Shown in pieces: positions 1 through 10,864 of a stretch of 38,815 bases of DNA. The notes beneath the pieces were generated by a model that saw only the letters and a program-made list of their open reading frames with translations, did no database searches and was not told where the DNA came from. Where the stretch lies: contig JAXLNO010000673.1 in assembly GCA_038087875.1 (NCBI GenBank), forward strand, positions 1 through 38,815, in the 5' to 3' direction. Origin of the DNA: Malacoraja senta (lineage: Eukaryota). Each line of letters begins with the position of its first letter. Within the stretch, counting starts at the first letter, position 1. The position numbers and the translations under genes are program-made.

Positions 1-580
1 CAGGTTTAGAAGGATATGGTCCAAACACAGGCTGGTGGTACTAGTGTAGATGAGACATGTTGGTCCGTGTGTGGAAATTGGGCCGAACGGCCTGTTTCCA
101 CGCTATATGACTCTATGAACTGATCGGTTCAGGAGCATCTGTGAAAGGAATGGACAAACAGCCCAAAACATTGCTTATCCATTCCCTCCAGAGATGCTGC
201 CTGAACCACTGCATTACTCCAGCAATTTGTGTTTTGATGGAGCACTTGTCTGACTCGTGCTCCTTTCCTACGCTTCTCATGTTGTGTGGTTGGAGAAAAC
301 ATCGGCCCTTTCAATGAAGGCACAAGAAACTAAGGATGCTGGAACCTTGAGCAAATGATCATTGTAATTTTTGGCATGGAATCGGAGAAAACAAAATATT
401 ACAACAGATCAAATTTATAATGGAGTGAAAGGCACAAAAAATAAATATTGACCTGGTGCTAGATTGTGTCAATGTCCCACATACATGACATTGGACCGCA
501 ACACTAGTTTTTTACATTAACTGTTTGGTTTCCCATCTCAACTTTGCTTTGGTGTGGGACCTTTAAACGGATCTTCTTAC

Positions 581-676
581 CTTCAGTTTATTTACATCTT
601 CCTCTTCTTCATCCACACTTTTACAGATATCAACCATTTGTTCATTAAGGGACTCTATTTCTTTCCGTACCATTCC
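581..676 (-). CDS. TRIM-B exon 2 (96 nt, start of coiled coil)
   Basis: TCTCTGTTCCAG| GMVRKEIESLNEQMVDICKSVDEEEEDVNKLK |GTAAGA. Open 96-nt phase 0-0 exon, not in the ORF track. Confidence 0.87.
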
Positions 677-914
677 CTGGAACAGAGATATTCGCAAATA
701 AAGTCACTTTGGTCTCCTGAAAAAGACAACATTTTTAAAGTCTGTTGTCAATGATCTGGAAGATCATCCCCAATTATAGTTTGACTCAGCTGGTAGAGCA
801 GCCTCACAGCTCCAGCGATCTAGTTTCAACCTGGTTTGTCCACGTGGCGTTCTCCTTGTGTGGATTACACCCATTTGCTCGTATTTATTTCCATGTCCCA
901 TAAAACAGGCAATC

Positions 915-1505
915 CGGAATGTTTCCAATGACTCTAACCAATTTCTACAGATGCATCCTAGAAAGCATCGTATTAGAATGCATCACAGCTTGGGTTTGGC
1001 AACTGCTCTGCCCAAAACTGCGAGAAATTGCAGAAAGTTGTGATGTAGCCCAGTCCATCATACCATCCAGCCTTCCTCTCATCGACTCCATCGATACAAC
1101 ACTTCCTCAGGAAAGCAGCCAACATAATCTAGGACTACTTCCTCCCCAGTCATTCTCTCTTCTCACCTGTTCCATCAGTCAGAAGATCCAAAATCTTGAA
1201 AGTGTGTATGACTTTCAGGAATAGCTTCTCTCCTGCTGTTATCAGACTATTTAACAGACTATTATAAGCTATTGGTGTGGTCCCGATCACCCAATCCATC
1301 TTCTTGTAAAGTTTACATTAAAAAAAAATCTGTACCTTCTCTCTAACTGCGGCATTATACTCAACACTGTTTAGTTTTCTCTTTGCACACCTGGTATACA
1401 TGTCTATGGGTTGATTGTACTAATAAATGGCATGACTTGCTTGGATAGCGGGCTGAGCAAATCTTCGCTGTATCTCAGTACACTTGGGAATACAAAACCA
1501 ATACC
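915..1505 (+). mobile_element. Rex1/Babar-like LINE 3' fragment
   Basis: LTNFYRCILESIVLECITAW motif. Related fragments at ~1715-2145 (-), 5730-6460, 10525-11135 and 25460-26155. Confidence 0.7.
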
Positions 1506-2145
1506 AAGGGTGATTGTGTTCTGTTTGGTAGTTTAAGAGGACACAGTAAATTGCCCCGAGCATACAGGTGAGCGACTGAATCTGGGTAAAGTTGATGGGA
1601 AAGTGGAAGGAATAGATTACAGGGAGAATTATTGGGAAATAAGGTCGCTCTCTATGCTGGCGTAGACAGTGGGCTGAAATAGCCTTCACCTATATCACAA
1701 GGATAAACAGAATTGGAATTTGGTAGTGGTTCATTATTGTTATGTGTACTGAGATGCAGTGAAAATCTTGTGTTTGTGTTCCATGTAAACAAATCAGGTA
1801 AAACTATACATGAATACAATCAAACAAATACAACAGTAAGAGCGAAGAGAAAATACCAGAGTGCAGAATATAGTTCCCAGCAATGGAGCATAACAGTTCC
1901 ATAGAAAAAGTCCAATGTCCACCATGAGTTAAGTTGGAGAATTGGGACTGTACTCTGGCTTAAGACAGGATCTTCCAGAAGTATGGTAAATATGACAGGG
2001 AAAGAAGCTGTTCCTGAGTCTCGCTTTATGGACTTTAAAGCTTCTGTATCTTCCGCCTGATAGGAGCGGGGAGAAGAGGGAATGACCAGGGTGTAAAAGG
2101 TCCTAGATTTTGTTGGCTGTTACCCCGCAGCAACGTAGATGGAGT

Positions 2146-2604
2146 GTCATAGTCATAGAATCTTGCAGCGTGGAAACAGGCCGTTCGGCCCAATTTGCCC
2201 TCACCAGCACTAGTCGCACCTGCTTGCGTTTGGCCCATATCCCTCTAAACCTGTCCTATCCATGTACCTGTCTAAATGTTTCTTAAATGTTGCGATAGAA
2301 CCTGGATCAACGACCTCCTCTGGCAGCTCATTTCATGCACCTACCACCCATTGTTTGAAAAAGTTCCCCTATCTTTCCCCCTCACTTTAAACCTATGTCC
2401 TCTGGTTCTCGATACCACTCTGGTCACGAGACTGTGTGCATCTACCCGATCTATTCCTCTCATGATTTTGTACACCTCTATAAAATCACCCCTCATCCTC
2501 CTGCGCTCTGAGGAAAAGAGTCCTAGCCTGCTCAGATTCTCCCGAAAGCTGAGGCCCTCGAGTCCAGCCAACATCTTCATCAATCTACTCTGCATCCTTT
2601 CCAA
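2146..2604 (-). mobile_element. CR1 3' fragment
   Basis: ORF 2341-2604 LEGLSFRENLSRLGLFSSERRRMRGDFIEVYKIMRG; (CTATGA)n tail. Confidence 0.88.
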
Positions 2605-2774
2605 CTGTGTATGGTGGGGAATCTGGTCTGGATGATTGCCTGGGTGACGTCCACAACTCTCTGCAATTTCTCGCTGCTTCAGGCAGAGCTATTCCCAAAC
2701 CAAGTAGCAATGCGTCCCGAAAGCCTGATTTCTTCAGTGCATCTGTAGAAGTTAGTAAGAGCCGTTGGAGACAT

Positions 2775-2872
2775 TCAGTCTGAAGAAGGGTTTCGGCCCA
2801 AAACGTTACCTATTTCCTTCACTCCATAGATGCTGCTGCACCCGCTGAGTTACTCCAGCATTTTTGTGTACC
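2775..2872 (+). mobile_element. 98-bp PLE pLTR mini-insertion with 14-bp TSD
   Basis: TCAGTCTGAAGAAGGGTTTCGGCCCAAAACGTT...TTTTTGTGTACC flanked by GCCGTTGGAGACAT at 2761-2774 and 2873-2886. Confidence 0.9.
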
Positions 2873-3674
2873 GCCGTTGGAGACATGCTGGATTGCTGAG
2901 GAAGTGGAGGAATTGGTGTGCTTTTGTGGCTGTAGCTCCAAAGTATTTGGTCAAGGACAGAATTTGCATTCATAATTATAATAACAATTTAAAAAATGGG
3001 TGAAGAGAGAAGAAAGGTGTAATCTAAGAATATAAGAGATTGGAGCAGATTTTGATAACATGGCTCCCTGTGTCCTTCACCTGAGCACCACCCACTTCCC
3101 TTCCCGATTCTCAAGATCCTCGTCTCTCTTCGGGGCAAATATCTCTTGAACGTATTTAATGACCTTTACTCCACAACTCTCTACAGTAGACTATTCCAAA
3201 GATTCACCATCCTCAGTGGAGAAGTTTCTCCTCTTCTCCGTCTGAAAAGTGGAACTGCTTATTCTTGAATAACGACCCTGTTTTTAGATTTTAAATCATC
3301 TTCTCAACATCTGTCTTGCCCCTCATAACCTTCCATGTTTCAACAAGGTCACATCTTATTCATCGAAGCAGCAATGAATACAGACCAAACCTGCTCAACC
3401 ATTACTCATAGGGCAAACACATCATTGGAGCAATCAAACAAATATGCATTATCTGGGCTGCCTTCAATGCAAGTTATCTTCTCCATAAAGGGCCTGTTTC
3501 CCTGCTGTATCTCTAAACTAAACTAAACTGCAGATGTTAGAATCTTGAGTAAAACACTGCTGGAGGAACTCCGCGGGTCAGGCAGCATCTGGGGAAAGAA
3601 CTAATAGATGGATTTACAGGTTGGGTCTCAAGAAGGGTTCAGAATGTTGTCTCTATTAGAGGGCATTACCTATA

Positions 3675-5488
3675 AGTCAAGTCAAATCAAGTCACATTTA
3701 TTTATATAGCACATTTAAAAAACAACCCTCGTTGGCCAAAGTGCTTTACATTTGTTATAAGAATAATATAAACAAACAAACTACATACATATATACATAT
3801 AGCCCTCGCTCAGAGGACGTCAAGAAAGGCTTGGGAGTATAGATAAGTTTTTAGTCTTGACTTAAAGGAGTCGATGGAGGGGGCAGTTCTGATGGGAAGG
3901 GGGATGCTGTTCCACAGTCTAGGGCGGCAACCGCAAAGGCGCGGTCGCCCCTGAGCTTATGCCTAGACCGCGGGATATTCAGCAACACCAAGTCGGCCGA
4001 TCTGAGGGACCTGGAGTTGGAGTGGTGGGTGAGAAGACTTTTAATGTAGGTGGGGGCAAGCCCATTGAGGGCTTTGTAGACATAGAGGGGGATCTTGAAA
4101 TGTATACGGAACTGCACAGGGAGCCAGTGGAGAGAGGCCTGGATCGGGGTGATGTGGTCCCTTTTTCGGGTGCCCGTCAGGAGTCTCGCTGCGGCATTTT
4201 GGACCAGTTGCAGGCAGGACAGGGAAGATTGGCTAATGCCAGTGTAAAGGGAGTTGCGGTAATCTAGGCGGGAGGAAATAAATGTGTGGATGATCTTTTC
4301 GAGGTCATCAAAGTGGAGGAATTGTTTTATTTTAGCTATCGTCTGAAGCTGAAAGAAGCTAGCTTTTAACACGGCATTGACTTGTTTGTCAAATTTCAGT
4401 GCTGAGTCAAATATCACGCCAAGGTTTTTGACGTGAGGTTTGAGTAGTGGGCTAAGGCTTCCAAGGCTGCCTGCTATCATTTTGATTGAGTCCGAGGGGC
4501 CGAGAAGGATGACCTCAGACTTAATCTCGCTTAGTTGGAGGAAGTTCTGGGCCATCCAACACTTATATCCTCGAGGCAGCGGGTAAGGTTAAGCAGATTT
4601 GATTGGTTTTTGGGCTTCAGGGGGAGATAGAGTTGTGTATCATCTGCGTAGCAATGAAGGAAATGCCGTGCCTTTCAATGACTTGGCCTAAGGGGAGCAT
4701 ATACAGGGAGAAGAGAATGGGGCCAAGGATGGAACCTTGTGGAACCCCACAGCAGAGATTAGCTGGGGTGGAGAAAGAATTGCCTATGTTAGTGGAGAAA
4801 CTCCTACCTTTGAGGTAGGAGATGAACCAGCTCAGGGCAGTGCCATCAATACCAACCCCGTACCGGATACGGTCAATTAGGATGGTGTGGTCGACAGTAT
4901 CAAATGCTGCGCTGAGGTCAAGAAGGAGCAGGATTGCACAGTCGCCGGAGTCAACAGTGAGCAGTAGGTCATTGAGTACCTTCAACAAGGCAGAGTCTGT
5001 GCTGTGGTGAGCCCTGAAACCTGATTGGAAAGTTTCCAAGTAAGGCATAAGTTGACTTAAAATTACCTTTTCAAGGGCTTTTGAGAGGAAAGGCAGTTTA
5101 GAAATGGGTCTCTAGTTGCTTAGCAAGGTGGGCTCGAGGTTAGGTTTTTTCAGGAGTGGCTGGACCACCGCATGCTTGAAGCAGGTAGGTACAGTGCCAG
5201 TGGCCAGAGAGCTGTTGAAGATGGCGAGGATGCTGGGACCAGCTGTTGTAATTATGTCCTTTCGGAGGGCAGAGGGGACAGTGTCGAGGGGGCAGGTAGT
5301 AGGTTTCATGGTGGTGATCAGTTTTACAATGGAGGGTAGAGTAACGGGTTGGAAACAATCTAATTTTGAAGAGCAGACCAATGAGACAGCCAGGTCACGG
5401 GTGGGAGGGGAAATATTTGTTCTTATGTTATTTACCTTGCTGGTGAAAAATGTAGTAAATTCCTCGCACTTAGCAGCGGTTGTGGCTG
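3675..5488 (-). mobile_element. 5'-truncated L2-clade LINE (RT pseudogene) nested in a CR1 fragment
   Basis: FKHAVVQPLLKKPNL..N*RPIS, QSGFRAHHST, LLDLSAAFDTVDH, GVPQGSILGP, frameshifted CYADD (4639-4650), HITPIQASLHWLPV; (TTGAC)n-type 3' tail near 3675-3694. Flanks rejoin as CR1 (GGGCATTACCTATA|AGGAGCGGTT). Confidence 0.92.
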
Positions 5489-6047
5489 AGGAGCGGTTGT
5501 TTTCTCCAGAATGTCAGGGGGTGAAGGGAGACCCCATAGATGTTTATAAAATTATCAAAGGCATAGACAATCACAACATTTTCACCACAAAAGGTAGGAA
5601 ATGTCAAAGACTAGAGGCATTACTTTTAGGTGCAAGTTTTATGGAGATGTGCAAGGCAGATATGAAAATGGCTTTTAGGAGTTTTTTTGATACACACATT
5701 AATATGGGGAAGGACATGGATCATATGCAGCAAGAGATTTGTGGATGTAACCCAGTCCATCACAGAGACCACTCTCCCCACCATTGACTCAATCTATACT
5801 TCAAGCTGCTTCGGAAGAGCAGCCAAATTAATTGAGGACCTTTCCAAGCCTGGTCATTCCTTCTGCTCCCTGGTCCTGTCAAGCAGAAGATTCAGAACCT
5901 TGCAAAAATGCACCTTCAGAGTCAGAAACAGCTTCTTCCCCTCTTATTAGACTTCTGAATGGTCCTTTCAAAATCTATGCAACAAACCTGATTTTCTATC
6001 CTACATTATTGCAGGCATTGGATCTTTTCTGTGGAACTGTTACATTG

Positions 6048-6305
6048 TTTAGTTTAATTTAGTTTAGTGATACAGCGTGGAAACAGGCCCTTCGGCCCAC
6101 CAAGGCCACGCTGATCAGCGATCCTTGTACACAGGAGGGACAATTTAAAATTTTTACTGAAGCCAAATTAACCTACAAACCTGTACATCTTTGGTGTGTG
6201 GGAGAATGTACGAACTCAATACAAACAGCACCCATAGTCAGGATTGAGTCTGGGTCTCTGGCGCTGTAAGGAAGCAACTCTACCGCTGTGCCACCATGCC
6301 ACCCC
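6048..6305 (-). mobile_element. HE1-type SINE
   Basis: Reverse-complement similarity to 18338-18664 with an internal deletion; sits within a Rex1-like fragment. Confidence 0.8.
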
Positions 6306-6494
6306 TGATTGTAATGCTGAGAAACTGTATTCTGCACTGGATTTTCCTCGTGTTTGGCTTGATTCTATTCTTTTATAGTATTATCTGATTTGACTAGATA
6401 AGCACGCAAACAAAAGCCTTTCAACGTACTTTGGTCCGTGTGTCAATAATAAACCTAAACCAGAGAGGATTAGTTAAACAGCGTCAAGGTCAAC

Positions 6495-8370
6495 ACAGAT
6501 ATTGTGGGTCAAAATGCTTGTTCCTGTGCTCTATTTTTCTATGTTCTATGAAACTGTGAGCTGAAGGGTCAGTTCTTGCCCTGTACTTTTCTATATTCTA
6601 TAACATTGTGGGCTGAAGGGCCTGCTCTTCTGCCGCGCCTTTCTATGTCCAACGACACTGGGGGCTGAAAGATCTGCACCTGTGCTGTACTTTCCTGTAA
6701 AAAGACACAAAGTGCTGGAGTAACTCAGCGTATCGGGCAGCATCTCTGGAGAACATGGATAAGAAACCGAATCAGCAACATCGTAGTAGATTAGGTTTGG
6801 GGAGGTGCATGTGAACCTCTCTCTCACTTGGAAAGTCTGTTTGGGTCCCTGGAAGGAGGTGACCTTTTTATATTCTTTGACATAGTGGGTTGTAGGGCCT
6901 ATTTATGTGCTATATTTTTCTACATTCTATGACACTGCGGGGAAAAGGGCCTGTTCCTGTGCTGTATATTTCTGTTATATAACCCTGTGGGCCAAAGGGC
7001 CTGTTTCTGTACTATAGACAATAGACAATAGGTGGAGGAGTAGGACATTTGGTACTTCGAGCCAGCACCGCCATTCAATGTGATCATCGGTGGTCATTCA
7101 CAATCAGTACCCCGTTCCTGCCTTCTCCCCATATCCCCTGACTTCGCTATGTTTAAGAGCCTTGTCTAACTCTCTCTTGAAAGTATCCAGAGAACCGGCC
7201 TCCACCACCCTCTGAGGCAGAGAATTCCACAGACTCACCTCACTCCAGGTGTGGTCTCATTGGGGCTCTGTACAACTGCATCTGTATTGAATACTGCTCT
7301 GTATTCTATGGCACTGTGGGCCGAAGGGCCTGTTCCTCTGCTGTATTTATTAGAGAAGATAGACACAAAATGCTGGAGTAACTCAGCGGCTCAGGCAGCA
7401 TCTCTTGAGGGAAGGAATTGTTGACATTTTGGGTCGAGACGACCCATTTTCCCTAGCGACACTGCCTGTCTCGCTGAGTTACTCCAGCATTTTGTGTCTA
7501 TCTTCAGTTTAAACCAGCATCTGCAGTTCCTTCCCACACTCTACTTTTCTAAATTCTATGATACTGTAGGCCGAAGGGCCTGTTCCTGTGCTGTACTTTT
7601 CTATATTCTATGACACAGTGGGCCGAAAGGCCTGTTTCTTTACTGTACTGTACTATATTCTATGACACAGTGGGCCGAAGGGCCTGTTCCTGCAATGCAC
7701 TTTTTTTTTTAATAGAAGATCGACACAAGATGCTGGAGTAACTCAGCAGGACAGGGAGCATCTCTGGAGAGAAGGAATGGTTCACGTTTCGGGTCAAGAC
7801 GACCCAAAACATCTCTCTACCGATACTGCCTGTCCCCCTGAGTTACTCCACCATTTTGTATCTATCTTTGGATTAAACCAGCATCTGCAGTTCCTTCCTA
7901 CACTGTACTTTTCTATGTTCTATGACACTTTGGGCCACAGGGCCTGTTTCTGTGCTGCACTCTTCTATATTCTCTGACAGTGGGCCGAAGGGCCTGTTCC
8001 TGTACTATACTGTTCTACATTCTATGACACTGTGAGCTGAAGTGCATGTTCATGTGCTGTACTATTCTATATTCTCTAACAGAGTGGGCTGAAGGGCCTG
8101 TTCTGTGCTGCACTATTCAACAGTCCCCAACAGAGTGGGCCGAATGGCCTGTTCCTGTGCTGTAATGTTTTATGTTCTAAGACACTGTGGGCCGAAGGGC
8201 CTGTTCCTGTTCTGTACTTTTCTACATTCTGTGACACTGTGGGCCGAAGGGCCTGTTCCTGTCCTGTACTTTTCTACATTGTGACACTGTGGGCTGAAGG
8301 GTCTGTTCCTGTACTTTGCTACATTTTGTGACACTGTGGGCCGAAGGGCCTGTTCCTGTCCTGTACTACT
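6495..8370 (+). repeat. Degenerate ~50-nt tandem array derived from a CR1/SINE 3' tail
   Basis: Repeated GACACTGTGGGCCGAAGGGCCTGTTCCTGTGCTGTACTTTTCTATATTCTAT, interrupted by PLE-derived and CR1 insertions. Confidence 0.9.
7356..7539. mobile_element. Fold-back (palindromic) PLE pLTR-derived element
   Basis: GAAGATAGACACAAAATGCTGGAGTAACTCAGCG ... CGCTGAGTTACTCCAGCATTTTGTGTCTATCTTC are inverted arms. A sister copy lies at about 7715-7903. Confidence 0.85.
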
Positions 8371-8457
8371 CTCTGTGCTACATGCTGGGTGAGGACTGGG
8401 TGGACAGAGAGGTCTGTTTCCACCCTGTGGAAGTTTACTGTGAGCGCGGGTTCCTAC

Positions 8458-8870
8458 CTTATAGAGTTCAGCGGCCTCGCCAATCGGGCTGGTGCAGTGG
8501 CCCTGGTGATCGCGGGACGTGGCGCAAACACACAGATCGGCCTCCGGTCATCGCTGCAGTAAACCTTCAGCCTCTCGTCGTGCTCCTGGCAGCGAAGCTC
8601 CGTCTGAACCACCGCCTCGTCCAGTCTGAGCTTCATTACATTCTCCACTATGTTGGACACGAACCGGTTGGGTCTGAGCGTCTTCTCGGGCAGCAGTGCC
8701 CGGCACTGCGGACAAGTGGTCGTCCCTCGCTCCGACTGCCAGTGGCGGACGATGCAGGTCCGGCAGTAATTGTGGCCGCAGTCTATCGTTACAGGATCGA
8801 CAAAGAAATCCAAGCAGATGGGGCAAAGCGCCTCATCTTTCATCGACTGTAGCACGTCTATGCTCGCCAT
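8458..8870 (-). pseudogene. TRIM-B RING + B-box2 exon with a 1-nt deletion (pseudogene or assembly error)
   Basis: MASIDVLQSMKDEALCPICLDFFVDPVTIDCGHNYCRTC...CPQC...CQEHDERLKVYCSDDRRPICV, then a frameshift at 8528/8529. The shifted frame gives CATSRDHQGHCTSPIGEAAELYK|GTAGGA. Length is 413 nt, one short of the 414-nt paralogous exon. Confidence 0.88.
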
Positions 8871-9354
8871 TGCTGTCGCCCTCTCCGAGTCCCGGAAAAG
8901 CGACGATTTCCGGGTACATTTCTTTGCACAAATCTGCAGATTTCAAGATAGACACAACAATGCTGGAATAACTCAGCTGGTCAGGCAGCCTATTCCTCTA
9001 CTCCCGAGATGTTACCCGACCCGCTGATTTACTCCAGCATGTGGTGGGGAGAGGGACTGGCCAGTGTTTACCACTTTTTGTCATCTGCTTCATTCCTGGG
9101 CGTTCGAGTTGCTGAACCAGGCCGTGATGTAACTGGTCAAAATGCTCTCTACTGTACACTTGCGAAAGCTCAAGAGTATTTGTCGATATAGCGATTCTCC
9201 TCAATTTGAAAAAAACCCTAAGGGAAAAAAATAAAACATTTAAAATGTAGTGTGGGTGGTTGCTGGAGTCTAGGCAAATTGGGGAGAATGAAATGAGATT
9301 AGTGTAAATGATTGGTACAGATTCACTATATCGCTGGAGGCACAAGCTTGAGTG

Positions 9355-10045
9355 AAATACAAAGTGCAGGAGGAACTCAGAGGGAATAGGCAGGTGATGT
9401 TTTGGATCTGGATCTTTCTTCGGGCTAGTAGTAGGGGGGAGGGGGGTGGAGAAAGCTGAAAATAGAGAGAGGTGGGAACAGGACAAATCCTGGCATGTGA
9501 TGGGTGGATACAGGTGAGGGGGAGGGGGAAGATTGACAGATGGGTGGACAAAGGCAAGAGATGAAAAGTAGACACAAGGATGTCAGGGAAAATGAGTGAA
9601 ATGTGAAGCCAGAGAGAAGGATATGGATGGAAGGGGAAAGGGGGGAAAAGTGGGTCAGGATGGTGGAGTAATGGATGCAAACTGGGAGTGGGGTCACTGG
9701 AAATTGAGGGGTGGGGGTGGGGGTTCCTTAAAACTGGATAATTTAATGTTCATTTTGTTTCTGTTTTAAGCTGTCAAAATTGAATATGAGGGGCTACTCC
9801 TCCAGTTTGCAAATTGCCTCACTCTGGCAATGGAGGAGGCCCGAGATGGAAAGGTCAGTTTTGGATTGAAGATAGGCACAAAATGCTGGAGTAACTCATC
9901 GGGTCAGGGAGCATCTCTGGAGAAAAAGAATAGGAGACGTTTCGGGTTGAGGTCAGGTTTGGAATGGGAAGGGGTGTTAAAATGGTTCGCAACCGGGAGA
10001 TCCAGAAGGCTTTGATGGACAGAGTGCAAGTGTTCAATGAAGGAG
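9355..10045 (-). mobile_element. Highly degenerate PLE 3' fragment with a nested pLTR piece
   Basis: pLTR-like start, purine-rich spacer, and endonuclease-end similarity (AATATGAGG...TCCTCCAGTTTGC...CAATGGAGGAGGCCC). Confidence 0.65.
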
Positions 10046-10655
10046 TTGTATCATTGTGTATGTGTATGTGAATCTGTGTTTGCATTGTTCCATCCCTACC
10101 CAGTGCACATTAAGGCCAGACTCCCCTTGGACCTCGAGACATTAGGGGCAGATAGGCTGTTCGGCCCACTGAACTTTTCAAAAGCCCAGCACACAGATGA
10201 AAGCAGAGTCATTTCCTTGAGAGATTCAGCATGTCACCAAAAACTCAAAATGCGGAGTAACCCAGCAGGTCTGGCAGCACCTGTGGAGGAAATAGAAAGG
10301 TGATGTTTTGGATCGGGACCCTTCTTCATTCCCGACCAGAAGCATCACTCATCTATCCACTCAGTCTACAGATGCTGCCTCACCCACTGAGCTACTCCAG
10401 CACTTTGTGTTTTTCTCCAGGGTCCAGTATCTTTAGTTTCTTGTATCAAAATGTATATATATATGCCCTGTAGAAATGCTCCTCAGTTCAGTTCAGTTTC
10501 ACTGAGTTACAGGGAATCAGGATACAATAGATTGCATCGTGGCCTGGTTCGGCAATTTCAATACACAGGAGCACAAGGCACTGCAGAGTGGTGGAATCAG
10601 CCCAGTCCATCATGGGCACAGCCCTGCCGTCCATGCAACACATCTAAAAAGATGC

Positions 10656-10864
10656 TACCATCGGGCAGGAGATACAGGTGCCTGAAGTCCCACACCGGTA
10701 GATTCAGGAACACCTACTCACAAAAAGGTGCTACCATCGGGCAGGAGGTACAGGTGCCTGAAGTCCCACACCAGTAGATTCAGGAACAGCTACTTACAAA
10801 ATACCATCGGGCAGGAGGTACAGGTGCCTCAAGTCCCACACCAGTAGATTCAGGAACACCTACT
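10656..10864 (+). repeat. Triplicated 70-76-nt segment within a Rex1-like fragment
   Basis: TACCATCGGGCAGGAG(G/A)TACAGGTGCCT(G/C)AAGTCCCACACC..TAGATTCAGGAACA.CTACT starting at 10656, 10732 and 10802 (LPSGRRYRCLKSHTGRFRN). Confidence 0.9.

Noticed and set aside
2780..2807. Active hammerhead in the 98-bp insertion (also 22435-22461)
   Set aside because: The GAAA box reads AAAA, losing the catalytic G12; retained only as structural evidence.
6495..8370. CRISPR-like array
   Set aside because: Contiguous degenerate units without unique spacers, no cas genes, vertebrate context; the unit matches a LINE/SINE tail.
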